Assembly (NCBI RefSeq): GCF_021028975.2
Contig: NC_059425.1
Span: 74,152,001-74,216,000 of the forward strand
Length of the DNA: 64,000 nt
Reading direction: 5' to 3'
Source: Sphaerodactylus townsendi
Taxonomy: Eukaryota
Program-made: the position numbers and the translations under genes
The notes under the pieces: generated by a model
Told to the model about the DNA's origin: nothing
Database searches by the model: none
What the model saw: only the letters and a program-made list of their open reading frames with translations
In this document: positions 51,412 to 64,000 of the stretch, piece after piece
How the letters are laid out: each line of letters opens with the position of its first letter
Position numbering within the stretch: the stretch's first letter is position 1

Positions 51412-52457
51412 ATATGATCAGGGTCAAATTCTAAATTCTAGTATGTTCAAGGTCTAATTCTAAATCACTTGAGATCTTATATACTTAAGAGATATTGTGC
51501 TCTAAATCCCAATTTCAACTCTGTTTATATGTATGTGAGATCCATCAAATTTTACATATTGTATGGAAAGGTTATTTAGATTTGCAGATTATGAAGACAG
51601 GACACTGTGACTAGCCAGCCAGTCCTTCGGGGCTGGAGGCCTTTTGCAACTCAGTCAGAAGTAAAAATTATTGAGCCAGAAGCAGTGTAGCACTGTCAAC
51701 AGAGAGCAGAATGGGGCCCAATGGCTCAGGGACTTAAAAGCTGGCACAGAAGTCAATGGATGGGGGAGGGTTGTAGCTGGGGAGGTAGGCACAGGAGCCA
51801 GGAAAGTGAGTGTAGCTGTGGCAGCAGATATGGACACAAGCCCAGCAGTCAGGAAGGCAAGCATGGCATCCACAGAGGACCCCAAGGTTGTGGAGGCAAG
51901 CCAGGGGGATGTGAAAGATTCAAAACACCTAGCCTTGGGAAAAAGCCAGCATGGGGAAAAGCCAGCAACCCTTAGAGATGACAGTCAAACACTCAGGGGA
52001 CCAAAGGCTAAGTGGTCTTAGGGAAGGACAGAACCCTTGTCCTCCAAGGCAGCAGCAGTAGTACCAGGGGAAACACTGATATCCAAGAGGCAGCAGATGG
52101 CCAACTGAGGCCCCATGGACCCGAAAGAGGACTCACCAGGGAGGAGGGCCCAGAGTCCAAGGGCCAGGGATGGCCAGAGGAAGAAGACTTAGAGGACTGG
52201 GGCGGGGGGGACATCCTGGGGTAAGAAAGATTGGCAACTGGGAGAGGGTCAGCTCATAATTGGAAAGCACAGAGGTCTAGGTGCAGTTCTGAGAAAGTGA
52301 CATTGTCGGTCTTATATAAAATTGACACAGACTAAGTGGCCAAGGAGGAACAAGGAAGGATGTCCCCTGCATAACAGCACAGTAGAGGCCCCAATCCGAG
52401 GTCACAGTAAGAGGCAACAGTCACCTATGTGATTCAAGTTCTGAATTCATCCATACA

Positions 52458-52734
52458 GTAAAGGTAAAGGTAGTCCCCCTGTGCAAGCACCAAGTCATTA
52501 CTGACCCAAGGGGTGATGTCACATCAACATATTTACTTGGCAGACTATGTTTATAGGGTGGTTTGCCACTGCCTTCCCTAAGCTGGGTACTCATCTAACC
52601 AACCACAGAAGGATGGAAAACTGAGTCAACATCAAGCAGAGAAATTGAAACCAACTTCCGCTGGGATCAAACTCAGGAAGTGAGCAGAGTTTTGACTGCA
52701 GTACTACAGCTTACCACTCTGCCCCACTGGATCC
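52458..52734 (-). mobile_element. Sauria SINE
   Basis: Reversed (ACCTTT)n tail GTAAAGGTAAAGGTAGTCCCC; tRNA-like head at the right end; TSD TTCATCCATACA (52446-52457 / 52735-52746). Confidence 0.85.
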
Positions 52735-52789
52735 TTCATCCATACAATACAGCTACATATATAATCCCTCTTTAGAAGAAGATTCATGG

Positions 52790-53765
52790 TGTTGCCTTGT
52801 TTGCATGCAGTGGCAGCAGAAGCAGCAGGGAATTCTGGGAAACTGCACAAACCTTCTAAAGGTGACAGTTAAAATCTGTTGGTAGTGTTCTGTTCCCTCA
52901 CTAGCTCACTAACTTGTTCCCTGACTGAGTGAGTGAAAGAAAGATGTTCTCTGTACTGATGTAAACCAAATGCTATGTAAAAGTGCTCTGACTAAAAGAT
53001 ATTGTATCGCAACCAAACTGAGGCCTTTTCCGCACAGGCCAAAAACAGCGCCCTGGGGACGGCAAAAACGCCGTCCCCAGGGAGCTGTTCGCAAGGGGGG
53101 CACAGCTGCTTCGCAGCCGCGCCACCCTCGCTCCTCCCCAGCGGCGCGAAGCTGCTGTTTCCCAACCTTGCTCCCCGAGCGAGGTTTTTGGGAAACGGCG
53201 GCTTCCAACCGCTGCCGTGCGAACGGCAGCGGCTGGAAGGCACCATCCCTCCCCCCTTTCCCAAACGACCTACCTTCCCTGTGGCCGTCCGGCACGTCGC
53301 CAAGGCCTGGGGACATGCCCCCCTGCCCTGCAACTCTGGAGCGGTCGTGCAGGGCAGGGGTGTGTGTCCCCTGGCCTCGGCGACGCGCCTATCGGTCGCA
53401 GGGAAGGTAGGTCGATCGGGCGATGGTGCAGCGCGGCGCCGTCTTCCCGGTAGTTTCCGGGACTGTTCATGCGGATGGTCCAGCGGGGGTTGTGTCGGCG
53501 TCATGTACGCCGACCCGACCCCTAGCGTGGCTGTGCGGAAACAGCCTGTAACAAACTATGAGCTGTGCATGTAACTTTGTTAATATATATACTATATGTT
53601 TTCTCTCTCAGTTAAGTAAAGTTCTCCTTGTGTTTATGAACTTCTGAGGTAAAACAGCTGGTCTTTTGAGAGATAACTATTCTTTGATGTGCCGCACAAT
53701 CCACATTTCTGCTCATTACTCTGCTTGAAAGGATTATATATACTAAATATACCTGTTGCCCTTCA
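52790..53765 (+). mobile_element. Copia LTR copy interrupted by a MITE
   Basis: Colinear with ~23960-24432 apart from the 53022-53546 insertion. Confidence 0.85.
53022..53546. mobile_element. CpG-rich Harbinger-like MITE
   Basis: GGCCTTTTCCGCAC ... GTGCGGAAACAGCC; flanks TGA/TGT; the empty site in the paralogous LTR (24189-24208) has a single TGT. Confidence 0.9.
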
Positions 53766-54666
53766 TTACCTACCGCCACCACCACTATCACCCCAATTCA
53801 GGCATTCCCTTTCTTTGAGGACATGCCAAGCTCCCGGATCTTTCAGAAAACATTGAAGATTTCTTTATTAAGCATGGCTTCCAATGACTTGGATTAAACT
53901 GGTGGCATGAATTCAGATGACAATTTTAACGAAGTTTTATTGCACATTTGCACATGACTATTATTTTAAAGTACTGACATAACCCACCCTAAGCATTTAG
54001 CTAAGTATATATTGTGTACTGGGATGGGAAGCTGAACACTTCTATTATTCTATGCCAAGGCATGGCCATAGTAATGATCTCTCTTGCTCGGTTAGGCATG
54101 TGGACGAAGTATTAACTATAAACAGTCAGGTATGGACAATTTCAGGGGATAAAAATATCCTGTGGAAAGAATGCATGGGCACAAGTAAAACATTAACAAG
54201 GTTAGAATGTGTATCTTTCACAGGCCGCTCTGCATCCATCCTCTGTCAAGGTACCGGCTTTTTCCATATTACTACCTTTTCCCCCGTCCTCTCCCTTCCT
54301 GGTGATGATTACATAACAGGTTTGGTTCCCTTCCGATTATAAACTCTTTCCATTTGTGAAGAAGGAAGGGTTGTGCCCAGGCAGCATCTTGGCAGATGCC
54401 AAGATCATGTGCTAACTTGCATTGGGAGGGAATCACACAATGCCACTGAGAAGAGGAATTCACATTCTGCTAATTGCTGTACAATCCCACTTAAATACAT
54501 GAGCAATTTTATCCTTAAAGAAAAAGTGTCAATGGGCATAAATTTAGTAGGAAGTATATGCTATTCAGAAGCCTTAATATTACCCTTAGGCTTTATCTAC
54601 TAGCATTTTTATAACACAGTGATAACACTGATGATGTAGTCATTGGCACTGTTGGGTGTTGTTAGA

Positions 54667-54960
54667 GAACCAGTGTGGTGTAGTGCTTAGGAGCAGGTGG
54701 ACTCCAATCTAGAGAAGCAGATTTGATTCTCCACTCCTCCACCTGAGCAGCAGACACTTATCTAGTGGACTGGATTTGTTTCCTTTCTTCTATGCACAAA
54801 GCCTGCTGGGTGATCTTGGGCTAGTCACAGTTTTTCAAAACTCTCTCAGCCCCACCTACATCACAAGGTCTTGGGGAGAGGAAAGGAAAAGAAGTTTGTA
54901 AGCCCCTTTGAGTCTTCTTGTAGGAGGGAAAGGGGAGTATAAGTCCAAAGTCTTCTTCGT
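54667..54960 (+). mobile_element. tRNA-derived, L2-tailed SINE (Squam3-like)
   Basis: A-box-like GTGTGGTGTAGTG, GGGTGATCTTGGGCTAGTCAC core and TGTAAGCCCCTTTGAG...(CTT)n end. Confidence 0.7.
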
Positions 54961-57854
54961 CTGTTCATCTCAACGTAAGTACAAGCAATAAGTAGAAGTA
55001 GCATGGAGGATGGTGTTAAACCACCACTAGCAGGAACACAGGACTACAATCCCTTTCAAACATTCAGTTCTGACACAACAACCATGCATAATGAGAACAT
55101 GCAATACCTTGTGATCTTCCAGCTACAATCTTGATGCAATCTGTACACAGAAAAATACGTGTGTTGCCCTGACACACAAAATAGTAACAACATGTAATGA
55201 GTGCATGCTTCCATTATGTGTGCTTGGTGGGTCAACATCAAATGCCTGAAAAGGAGTTAAATCATAACAATATACCACTGATGTTGTATCTCCTATAGCA
55301 TTAACTCTCCAAAAGGAGAGTTTCCCTAATCAGTACTATCAATGTTTGTAATTCTGTTTATTGATATAACACCCACCTATCTTCTATAGAACCCAAACTG
55401 GTATATGATTCCAAGTTGAAGGATGCTGTGTCATATGCCTTTAGACCACGTCCTGGATCCAATAAGTAGTAGTGATTATTGGTGACTGTTAGATGTTAAG
55501 TACCCATCACTACCATTAACATTTCAGGAAAATGCTGTTTCGTACGTTATGGTCATAGATTTTGCTCATTAGTTTAAAAGTGAAAGATGTCTCAGTATAT
55601 GTAAATTCTTGAAACAGATTTTTGAAATATGAACCTCTCTTTCATAGATGTGGAATTGAGGAATGAAAAGTTAACATTGGACCTCTAACTAAATTTATTT
55701 TAAAGTAAGCATTGTGGAACTTCCATGAAAACAGGCTTACAGTCAATGTCGATGTGCTTTTACATGCCTTTTAAACTGTGGCAACCAGAATCTAGTTGCT
55801 GTATTCTGCAACAAGACATTATGAAAATGGGGAAATCCTATGGGGCTAGGAGCAACTAGAATCAAGCATGGGAGGCAGATCTCCACAGTGAGATTGAAGA
55901 AGAACTTGTTCTTAAGTACAGAGAGTCAGTCCAGAGCAAAGAGGATTAGAGCCTATGGTTCAAGTCATGGAATCTATTCACTTCCTTTTCAGTTTACCAC
56001 AATGGACACAAATATACAACCAGACAGTTCCTGGTCTGAACTGTGTCTAGTCTGATCCTGACAGTAAAACCAGATGCATTGGTAACAGAATGATAATTAT
56101 TGCTAAATGTAAAAGTCAATATGTTTGAATGATTTATTTAGAAGGTCACTGTAGACAGGAATACATTGTTACCATGAAGGATAACTTTCCCATGATTTCA
56201 GTGGCAAAACATTACCAAAGCTGGAGATTTGTTTGGAACTTATTCCAGCAAAGCATTTAAAGCACGTGCTTTTTTAAAAAAAAAATCATGTTTTTAATTA
56301 TGTAAATAAATTGCCTCAGTTCAAAGGAATTGTTTGCTGAGATGGGACATTTGTGAGTGGCAGACACAAGAGATTGGAAAGTGCCATTGATATGTGTTCA
56401 TTTCTGTGATTGTAACCAAACTTTGAAGGTAACTTTCCATTAGAGACTGGCCAACATAGATTACAGGTGTGTGTCCGGGTTTCTCTGTCACAGCTTATCT
56501 CTCTCATTATCACTCTGACATTTGTTTTGGCTTTGAGTTTAATTACCTCTTGAATTGAACAAAGGTTCAGATCAAGTTGAGATAATAGCAAGTCAATGAA
56601 GCTGATGTGTAGGAAATAATGACACTGGAGGTGTTGGTCCATGCAAACTGACCCTCTCTGAGACGAGAAACAAAGGCATATAGGGGAGAAAGCGATTAAT
56701 CAATCATCCAGGAAGCAGAAAGATGTGTACAAAGGTGTCTGATGTTTGCATCTGTATCCCACCTGGATGGCTACAAACAAAATACAGCCCACTTAGACAA
56801 ATTCCTGTGCACTGGAGCAAAGCCAGGTAGGAATTCAGGGAAGTCTCTGGAAACGTATCTCTGGAGCAGGAATAAACATGTAGAAATTAATCAAGTTACA
56901 AGGCACACTAAGTCTAAAACCATTCATAGCTGATAAGAGGATAAATCACCCTTACTGCAGAACAGCTTACAGACCACCAACACAATCAGACCTCCACTGT
57001 AGAAGGAACTGGAGGTAAGTCTCAAAAAGTTTATGTAGTAAGAGATCTTTGCTGCTTGAATGGCTAAACAAATCGTCAAAAGAAAGACAACATGCATAAG
57101 AACACAGAAGTAACTTGGCCAAAAAGTTGTTGGGAAGAAGTAATGGCCTGGCTCCCATGCTGCCATTTGGACTATTTAGCACAATATATCAAACTGGCCA
57201 AGCAAAAACAGGGGAACGCTCAGGCCTCCATGCCCTGCTATTAAACTTCCTGGAGACACACAGCTGGACAACGTGTAAAACAAGATGATAGACTACAGAT
57301 GAACCATTAATTTAATCTGCTAGTGTAGCTTATGTCATCTCCTGTATACTGCTTACCTATGGGATAAGCTCAAAAGCAGGATTGGATTCAGAAAATAATT
57401 TGGTTTCTGACAACATATGTAAATAATGGCACAGTGACGATGTCCCCTTGGCTGGTTTTTCTGACATTTACCTGACAGTCATTCACACTTCGGGCATGTT
57501 CCAAGAATTATGAAAGCATTTGCACTTTGTGGAAGTTGTTCTGGAGCCAAAGCTTGTCAAATGAAAATTCTTCTTCACATTATGTCCAGCAGTAAGAACT
57601 GTTCACGATTTGCAAGATGAAGGTTTTTTCACTATAGATATACAATGAATACAAAGTAGACCTGAATTTTTATTTTAAAAAAGGGTTTGTTGCCTGATTT
57701 TTTTAAAAAAAGAAAAGAACAGAACCTTTTGCCCAGAGCACAATCCATTAGAACATAGGAACAACCTGTTGGATCAGACCAGTGGTCCATCTAGTCTAGC
57801 ATACTGTCTTACATGGCAGTCAACTAGATGCCATGGAGAACCAAACAAACAGGG

Positions 57855-57990
57855 CAGTGGTGTGATTCAAATAGTTTAACAACCGGTTCCAGTAGTGGGA
57901 TTCAAATAATTTAACAACTGGTTGTTTATAAGCACCGTTTTAACAACCGGTTCTGCCGAAGTGGTGCGAACCTGCTGAATCCCACCACTG
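57855..57990. mobile_element. hAT MITE (family of 41293) with duplicated terminal segment
   Basis: CAGTGGTGTGATTC ... GAATCCCACCACTG; perfect TSD AAACAGGG; the first ~35 bp is repeated at ~57890. Confidence 0.9.
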
Positions 57991-58031
57991 AAACAGGGCA
58001 TAGATGCTCTGATGCTGCCTACCAGTTAGGG

Positions 58032-58553
58032 CAGTGATAGCGAACCTTTTCGAGACTGAGTGCCCAAATTGCAACCCAAAACCCACTTATTTATCGCAAA
58101 GTACCAACACAGCAATTTAACCCGAATACTGAGGTTTCAGTTTTTAAAAAACGGTTTGCTCCAAGGCGTGCATTACTCAGGAGTAAGCTTGGTGGTAGTC
58201 GGTGGCTTTGCTTTGAAGCAACCGTGCAACTCTTCCAACGGGTGAATCACAACCCTAGGAGGGTTTACTCAGAAGCAAGCCCCATTGCCAGCAACCGAGT
58301 TTACTCCCAGGTAAAGGATTGCACTTTAATTCTTTGCATTAAAATCAGTGGGGTTTAACAGCACTTAACAGGGTTACCTACACTGCTTCCCCAAAACTAG
58401 GTCTTAGGTTTAATGCTAATAATCGAGCCCAGCAGCCTAGGCCAGCCTAGATGTGTGTGTGTGGGGGGGGGGGGGGGACTCTATTTGCGCATGCCCACAG
58501 AGGGGGCTCTGAGTGCCACCTCTGGCACCCATGCCATAGGTTCGCCACCACTG
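58032..58553. mobile_element. hAT MITE
   Basis: CAGTGATAGCGAACCT ... AGGTTCGCCACCACTG; perfect TSD AGTTAGGG. Confidence 0.9.
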
Positions 58554-58909
58554 AGTTAGGGATACAATATCCCTCACCAGAGTCCAGTAAAACGGGATAA
58601 AGTGATGTCACACATTGCCACAATGCTCTAGCAATTTCACTCATTTCTTCAGACACCCATCTCAAAAACAGCAGCTCCAGCAGATATGTACTCTTCAGTT
58701 TCCCCAATTAAAACAGATGAAAAGAATTCATTTAGTTTCTCTGCCATCTCAACAACTTCCTTAAGCAATCATTTTATTCTTAGTCATCCAAAGGCCCAAC
58801 TGCATCACTGGGCAGTTTTCTGCTCCTAACAGGTTGTAAGACATGCTTATTGTTTGTCTTAACATTTTTGGCGATCTGCTCTTCAAAGTCTCTTTGTGCT
58901 TCCCTTTTT

Positions 58910-59530
58910 GACATTTTCTGCATGGTCCAAATATCCTGGGATGGGGCAGTGACTTATCCTTGTTTGAGCAAGATTTCTCACGGTTACCGGTCCTAAATCG
59001 GGGGCACCCCACGGAATGTCCCTTATTCCAGCATTTTCAAAATTCGCCAAATTGGTGGTTCTTTTCACATATCCCACGCTGATCCCTCTGCCATCCAAAC
59101 ACTTTGGGAGCTGGGCCGGTTTATTTTTCCCTTTAGGCCACCTAATCTCCCTGCCCCAGCAGCCTGCCTCTCTGGCCTCCTCTTTGGACATCACATTCTT
59201 CTTTTCCACCGACCGTTGCAGCCCTTCCCGACATGTCCCCCCCAAGCATGTTTCCCACTCATGGCAGCGGCCCACTGACATTCCCACTTGGTTAATGGGG
59301 AGCGCAGGTCCAAAATTTCCCTGTTCCCCTCCTTGTGCATACTGTGTGCTCAAGAGGCTGTGTTTGGGAACCCTGCTCATGTGAAAAAAATGTGAGTATT
59401 TCATCCCAATCTGAACTCGATTCCTACATGGAAATACACAGGCGTGCAAAGAGAGGAGCCGGGATAACATTGACCAGGAATTTACAATCCCGGTTGTACC
59501 CCACTGTAATTATGCCATGCGGAAAATACC
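58910..59530. mobile_element. Older Harbinger-like MITE
   Basis: GACATTTTCTGCATGG / CCATGCGGAAAATACC; TSD TTT/TTT; homologous to 38401-39300. Confidence 0.75.
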
Positions 59531-60032
59531 TTTGTCAATTTACTTTTTACTGGAACCTATCCTCTGGCAGCAAATTCCATATTTTAATCACTTACTGTGT
59601 ACAGAAGCATTTCCTTTTGTCCATCTGAACTTTACTGCTCATTAGCTTCATTGGATACCCTGGAGTTCTGGGAATTTGTGTGAGAGAGAAAAACTCTCTC
59701 CGCCCCATGCATAGCTGTATAAACGTCTGTCTTGTGCCTGCTTAGTTGACTCTTTTCTAAACTGAGCCTTGTAGGGAAGGTGCTCCAACCTTGTGATCCT
59801 CTTGGTTGCCCTCTTCTGCATTTTTCCAGCTCTGTGATGTCCTTTTTGAGATATGGTAACCAGAACTGCACACATTTTTCCCAAATGAGGCCACACCATA
59901 GATCTATACACAAGTATTATAATATCAGTAGTTTTATTTTCAGTCACTTTTCTAATAATCCCTAACATAGAATTTGCCTTTTTAACCACTGCCACCCGCT
60001 GGATTAACACGCCCATTAAGCTATCACACTAA

Positions 60033-60173
60033 GGCCCCTTCCACACACGCAAAATAATGCATTTTCAAACCACTTTCACAACTGTTTGCAAGTGGATTTT
60101 GCCATTCCGCACAGCTTCAAAGAGCACTGAAAGCAGTTTGAAAGTGCATTATTCTGCACGTGCGGAATGAGCC
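60033..60173. mobile_element. 141-bp Harbinger-like MITE inside CR1
   Basis: GGCCCCTTCCACAC ... GTGCGGAATGAGCC with subterminal inverted repeats; flanks TAA/TAG. Confidence 0.75.
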
Positions 60174-63100
60174 TAGGACCCCAAGATCTTTTCCCCTTCA
60201 GTCCCATCAAGTTCAGACCCCATTAGCCTATACTTGAAGTAAGGATTTTTTGTTATCCCAATGTCTGATAGAATCCCCTTTGGGCCTTTTGGGCCCAGCG
60301 GCTAGAATGCTAGTCATTGGTATAGAGGCTATAGATGTGACCATGGTTGTGTTCTTGTTTTCTTTTCTTCTTCAAGGGAAGGGCTTGTAGGAGGAATGGT
60401 TGCATTTAAGTAGAACTCTTGCTGCCAGTCAGACCCTTGCCAAGGGAATGAGTGGGCATCCTGTCCACCCATGGGCACCATTCTCCTACAAGGTATTAGG
60501 GTAAAACTCAGACCATGTGCTCCTGTTCAGGCTGTGCTGTCACTAGTCTTCCCTTACTGTCTTCTTGTGCTCCATGGAGAGCGTGGCATTGAGGTGCAGT
60601 GGCTGGCTGCCCTTGTGTATGCCACTCAGAGGGATGTCACTGAGTCCTACTGCCTGGCTGGTGGATATTGCTGGCATTGAAATGGGCTCCAGCCCATGAT
60701 TTCTCTGCAGTCTGTGATTTCCAGAGGGGCAGATATTGCCATTGTTCCCCTACAGAATGTCCATAGAGATTAGATCAGTGTCACTTGTATTATGTTGGTG
60801 GCTGGCCACCTCTGCCACAACAACTCTCAGGATTGGGGTACCTAATAAACAAAGTTTGGATTAAGAGTCCTTCTGAAGTGGGCATTTTCCTATCTTGTTT
60901 TATGTTTTAAGAAACCCTTTCTCTTTAGGCTGTATTCCTAAGGGGTGTAACATTACTTTAAATGTGTAATGCAAAACAGGTGGAGTAGGCATAGATACTT
61001 TGTTGATAGACATTTAGATAGATTGATATGTACAAGTGTTTAATATCTGAGTTCTTCTTTTCCTGCTGTCCAGACAGTGGTTCCAAGAGCTAATACTCTC
61101 CCCTTACCCCCGCCGTGGAACTATATTGGCATGTAGTGACTCTACAGAAAACTTTTCAGAAAAATATTACTAACCAATTTATTTAACAGCATTTTCCAAC
61201 ACAAGCTTCTTCCCTGCCACCTAATAATCAATCAGTATTATCCAGTGAGATGGCATGAAGATTGAAAATGATAAGCAAAATGTCTAGATTTTTGTTTAAG
61301 ACCATACTGAGACTTCAGAATTTATCACCAATATTTTTCATTGTAACCCTACCAAAACCAGGTTGAAACATTGTTAATTTCAAAATGAACTAAAAAGTCC
61401 TGCCCTTTTGCAGAGAAAAAAGAGAACTTTGGTATAACCCACAACAAGAGGCAGAATCCCCCCACCCCACCAAGCTTCCAAGGTTGTTTTTTTTCTGTGA
61501 ATGATGATAGATGGATGTTCTTTAGAAAATGGAAAACATGAATGGGCCTTAATATTTCAAAGGAAACATTATATAATGCAGCATTTCTTCCTCACATTGC
61601 ATCCACCATTTCTGAACTGGTTCTTCTAAATTTCCATTGCACTGCAGAGATCTACACTGTTGGCACAAATCCAGCGTCAAGAGTTTCTTCATTGCCTTGA
61701 CCCTCCAAATATTCCATAAAGGTCACCTATGAATGTCTGTTCTGTAGTCAGACCACCCTGTCTTGCCTACCCTTAGCGCCTCCTCAAAACTCAGCTTTCA
61801 GGAAATATTTTCTAGTGTCTTTCCCCTTCCTCCTCTGCTAACAAGTGAGAGAATCATAAATTCAGGGAACTTTGCATTTGTGCTTCTGGATTCCTTCTGG
61901 AAAAGCAGTTACATTATTACACTTACCAAGAAAATTAACTCTTGTGGCTCTTGATAAGGTATAATTTATTTATTTATTTATTCTCATATTTCTACCCTGC
62001 CCATTCCCCATAAAAATAATATGCTAAAAATATTTTTTTTAAAATTTAAAACCCACTAACTTTAATAAATACAATAAAATACAATCTACTAAAAGAACAA
62101 CCCAATAAAATGGCACCAAATGTGAAAAATAAAAAGTACATGGGATAGCAGCCAATTTCAGCTGCTTTTTAAAATATTCCCTGAGAGTGGAAAGAATGTG
62201 GTCTGGGGGAGACTGCACTGCAGCATAGTTTCCCAAACATGGCTTTCTATTCTAGTGCCATTTATGCAGGTATGGCCTCCTTCATTTTGAGCCTGTCAGG
62301 TCTGATTCTCAGTTACACATATGTTTTCCTACTTTCAGCATTTGCCCTCCCATCAGGCCAGAGAATCCCTGCAGTTTTCAAAAGCTCTCTGAGTGCGACT
62401 TTTTTCTCCCATTGCAGGGAAAGCAAAGGAGTGCATCATGTGTTTAGCTGTCCTCGGGTTTTCTTGCTCTTCTCTGACTTTCTTCACTCAGACCACAGTA
62501 GTTCCTCCCACTCTTCAGGACAATCAGAAAGGCTTCTTTTTATTCGATTTTAGTGGCAAAGGTCTACAACTGGAGTGATGACCCCTGTGAAATTGACAAG
62601 ACTAATCTTAAAAAGTAATGATAGACTAAAGATGGCAGCAGGCAACCTCCCCAAAGGGAGGTTGCATGGGAACAACAAAGAGGCAGTGGGAGGGGGCAAA
62701 ATGATGGATCAGCCTGGAAAGAGACACATTGGGAAATGTAAATAAAAAGACACGGGGAAGCTTCACTTTGAAGCAAAGATTGCTTCTTAGCCATGTGATA
62801 AGTGATACTTGCATAAAGGGCCTAAATTTATACCCTATAAAGCTGCTATTGCCCCTAAAGGAAAAACATTCAAGTAGCCATAACATGTATGTCAAAGAAA
62901 ATATATTAGTGCTCCAGTAAATTTATAAAGCATGCTTATTTTAAACATGTAAAAATAGACTTGAAACTAGGAACCTAAATTTAGTTTTAAATATATAACA
63001 TAGAATATCCCAAACCGTTTGAAAAAAATATATAGTAAGGAAACTGTCTCAATTATCTCAAGGTGAAGACTTTCTTTGTGAGCTATCAGTAGTCATTCCT

Positions 63101-64000
63101 ATGGTCTGAAAATAGCTGATTACATTTGTAAATGCCAGAATATCTTTAAACAAAGTTGGTTCTATTGCACCTCTACTACAAGATGTTTAGGCAGGTTCTC
63201 AAAAAAGTGTGCTTCTCATTTTAGTGGCAGTTGTGGTTCTGTCCCATGCAGAAACTACATTTCTCACTAAGGGAACAAAGTGACAGGAATGGTGGCTATT
63301 CTGAGAACTAAACCACAATCCAATGTGGACATCATTTTTGGCAAACATTTGCCCTGAATCTGTAAAAAAAGAAAGAAAAAAGAATGAATTATTTTTACCA
63401 CATTGGCAGAATCTGAAATATCATGCAGATTCCAATACATTTTTCTAAACCCGATTCTTATCTGCATAGTTTCATACTTCACTTCTCCCTGAGTGATGCT
63501 GACAGAGGCCACCTCCAGCAAACTGGAATCCTGCCAACCATGACTAATGTAATTGTGCCATGGAAAGGTGAGAGACCCTTTGGCAAAGATTATTAATGGA
63601 TCCATGGTTTAAGGGAGATTTCCTCAACAGCTGAAGGAAGTGTGTATCAGCCCAAGACAGCCAGGGACAGCACTTCAGAGGGCTTTCTGGTGGCATGGAA
63701 AAGCAGGGAAAATGAAAATAAACTCTCACCACCCGAAAACCCTCCATAGGGCTAAATGGAGCTATGCCACCTGAGCCCGAGGCTGCAGCGTACCTGTCTA
63801 CAAAGCCTGGGTGGAAGCCAACTAGGACTGTAGAAACATAGCATCATGGGTCCATTCTGCACAGCCTAAATAAGGCGTCCTGGGGATGCTAAAAAAGCAT
63901 CCTGGGAAGGCACCTTCTTCCCAAGACATTCTCCAGACACCTTATTTCAACTCAAGGTATTTTTTTAAAAAACCCTTTGGAAGTACCTTTTTCCTTAAGG

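Larger units (their letters stand above)
57750..60255 (-). mobile_element. CR1 LINE 3' region fragmented by several MITE insertions
   Basis: Reversed tail AGAACATAGGAAC...GGATCAGACC at ~57750; KKANSMLGIIRK and QFWLPYLKKDITELEK at ~59780-60000. Continuity across 58560-58900 is uncertain. Confidence 0.65.

Noticed and set aside
51607-52301. Possible Gypsy LTR (TGTGAC...GTGACA) and its 116-aa ORF
   Set aside because: No TSD, no second copy and no recognisable protein; too weak to call.
54667-54760. tRNA gene
   Set aside because: Degenerate tRNA-like SINE head without a cloverleaf, continuing into a SINE body.

Overview
Eukaryotic vertebrate DNA, most likely a squamate reptile (lizard/gecko-like, judged from a Sauria SINE, CR1/L2/L1/BovB relics and a squamate-type Penelope end). 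I could not identify any host protein-coding exon. The window reads as intronic or intergenic sequence made of layered and nested transposable elements, and essentially all listed ORFs are TE remnants or by-products of GC-rich repeats. Main points: (1) a complete 3,957-bp non-autonomous Helitron (minus strand, 32591-36547) inserted in an old L1. It carries about 10 tandem copies of a 195-bp unit, each containing a ~120-bp hairpin, plus a captured hAT-MITE end. (2) A Penelope-like terminal inverted repeat with a perfect 12-bp TSD and an intact minimal hammerhead ribozyme motif (47226-47440). (3) Two distinct internally deleted Ty1/Copia LTR elements, one with both LTRs, a copia-type PBS, a PPT and a TSD. 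(4) A CpG-rich Harbinger-like MITE family with non-specific 3-bp TSDs, supported by an empty-site paralog in the same window. All calls come from reading and aligning by eye; no searches were run.
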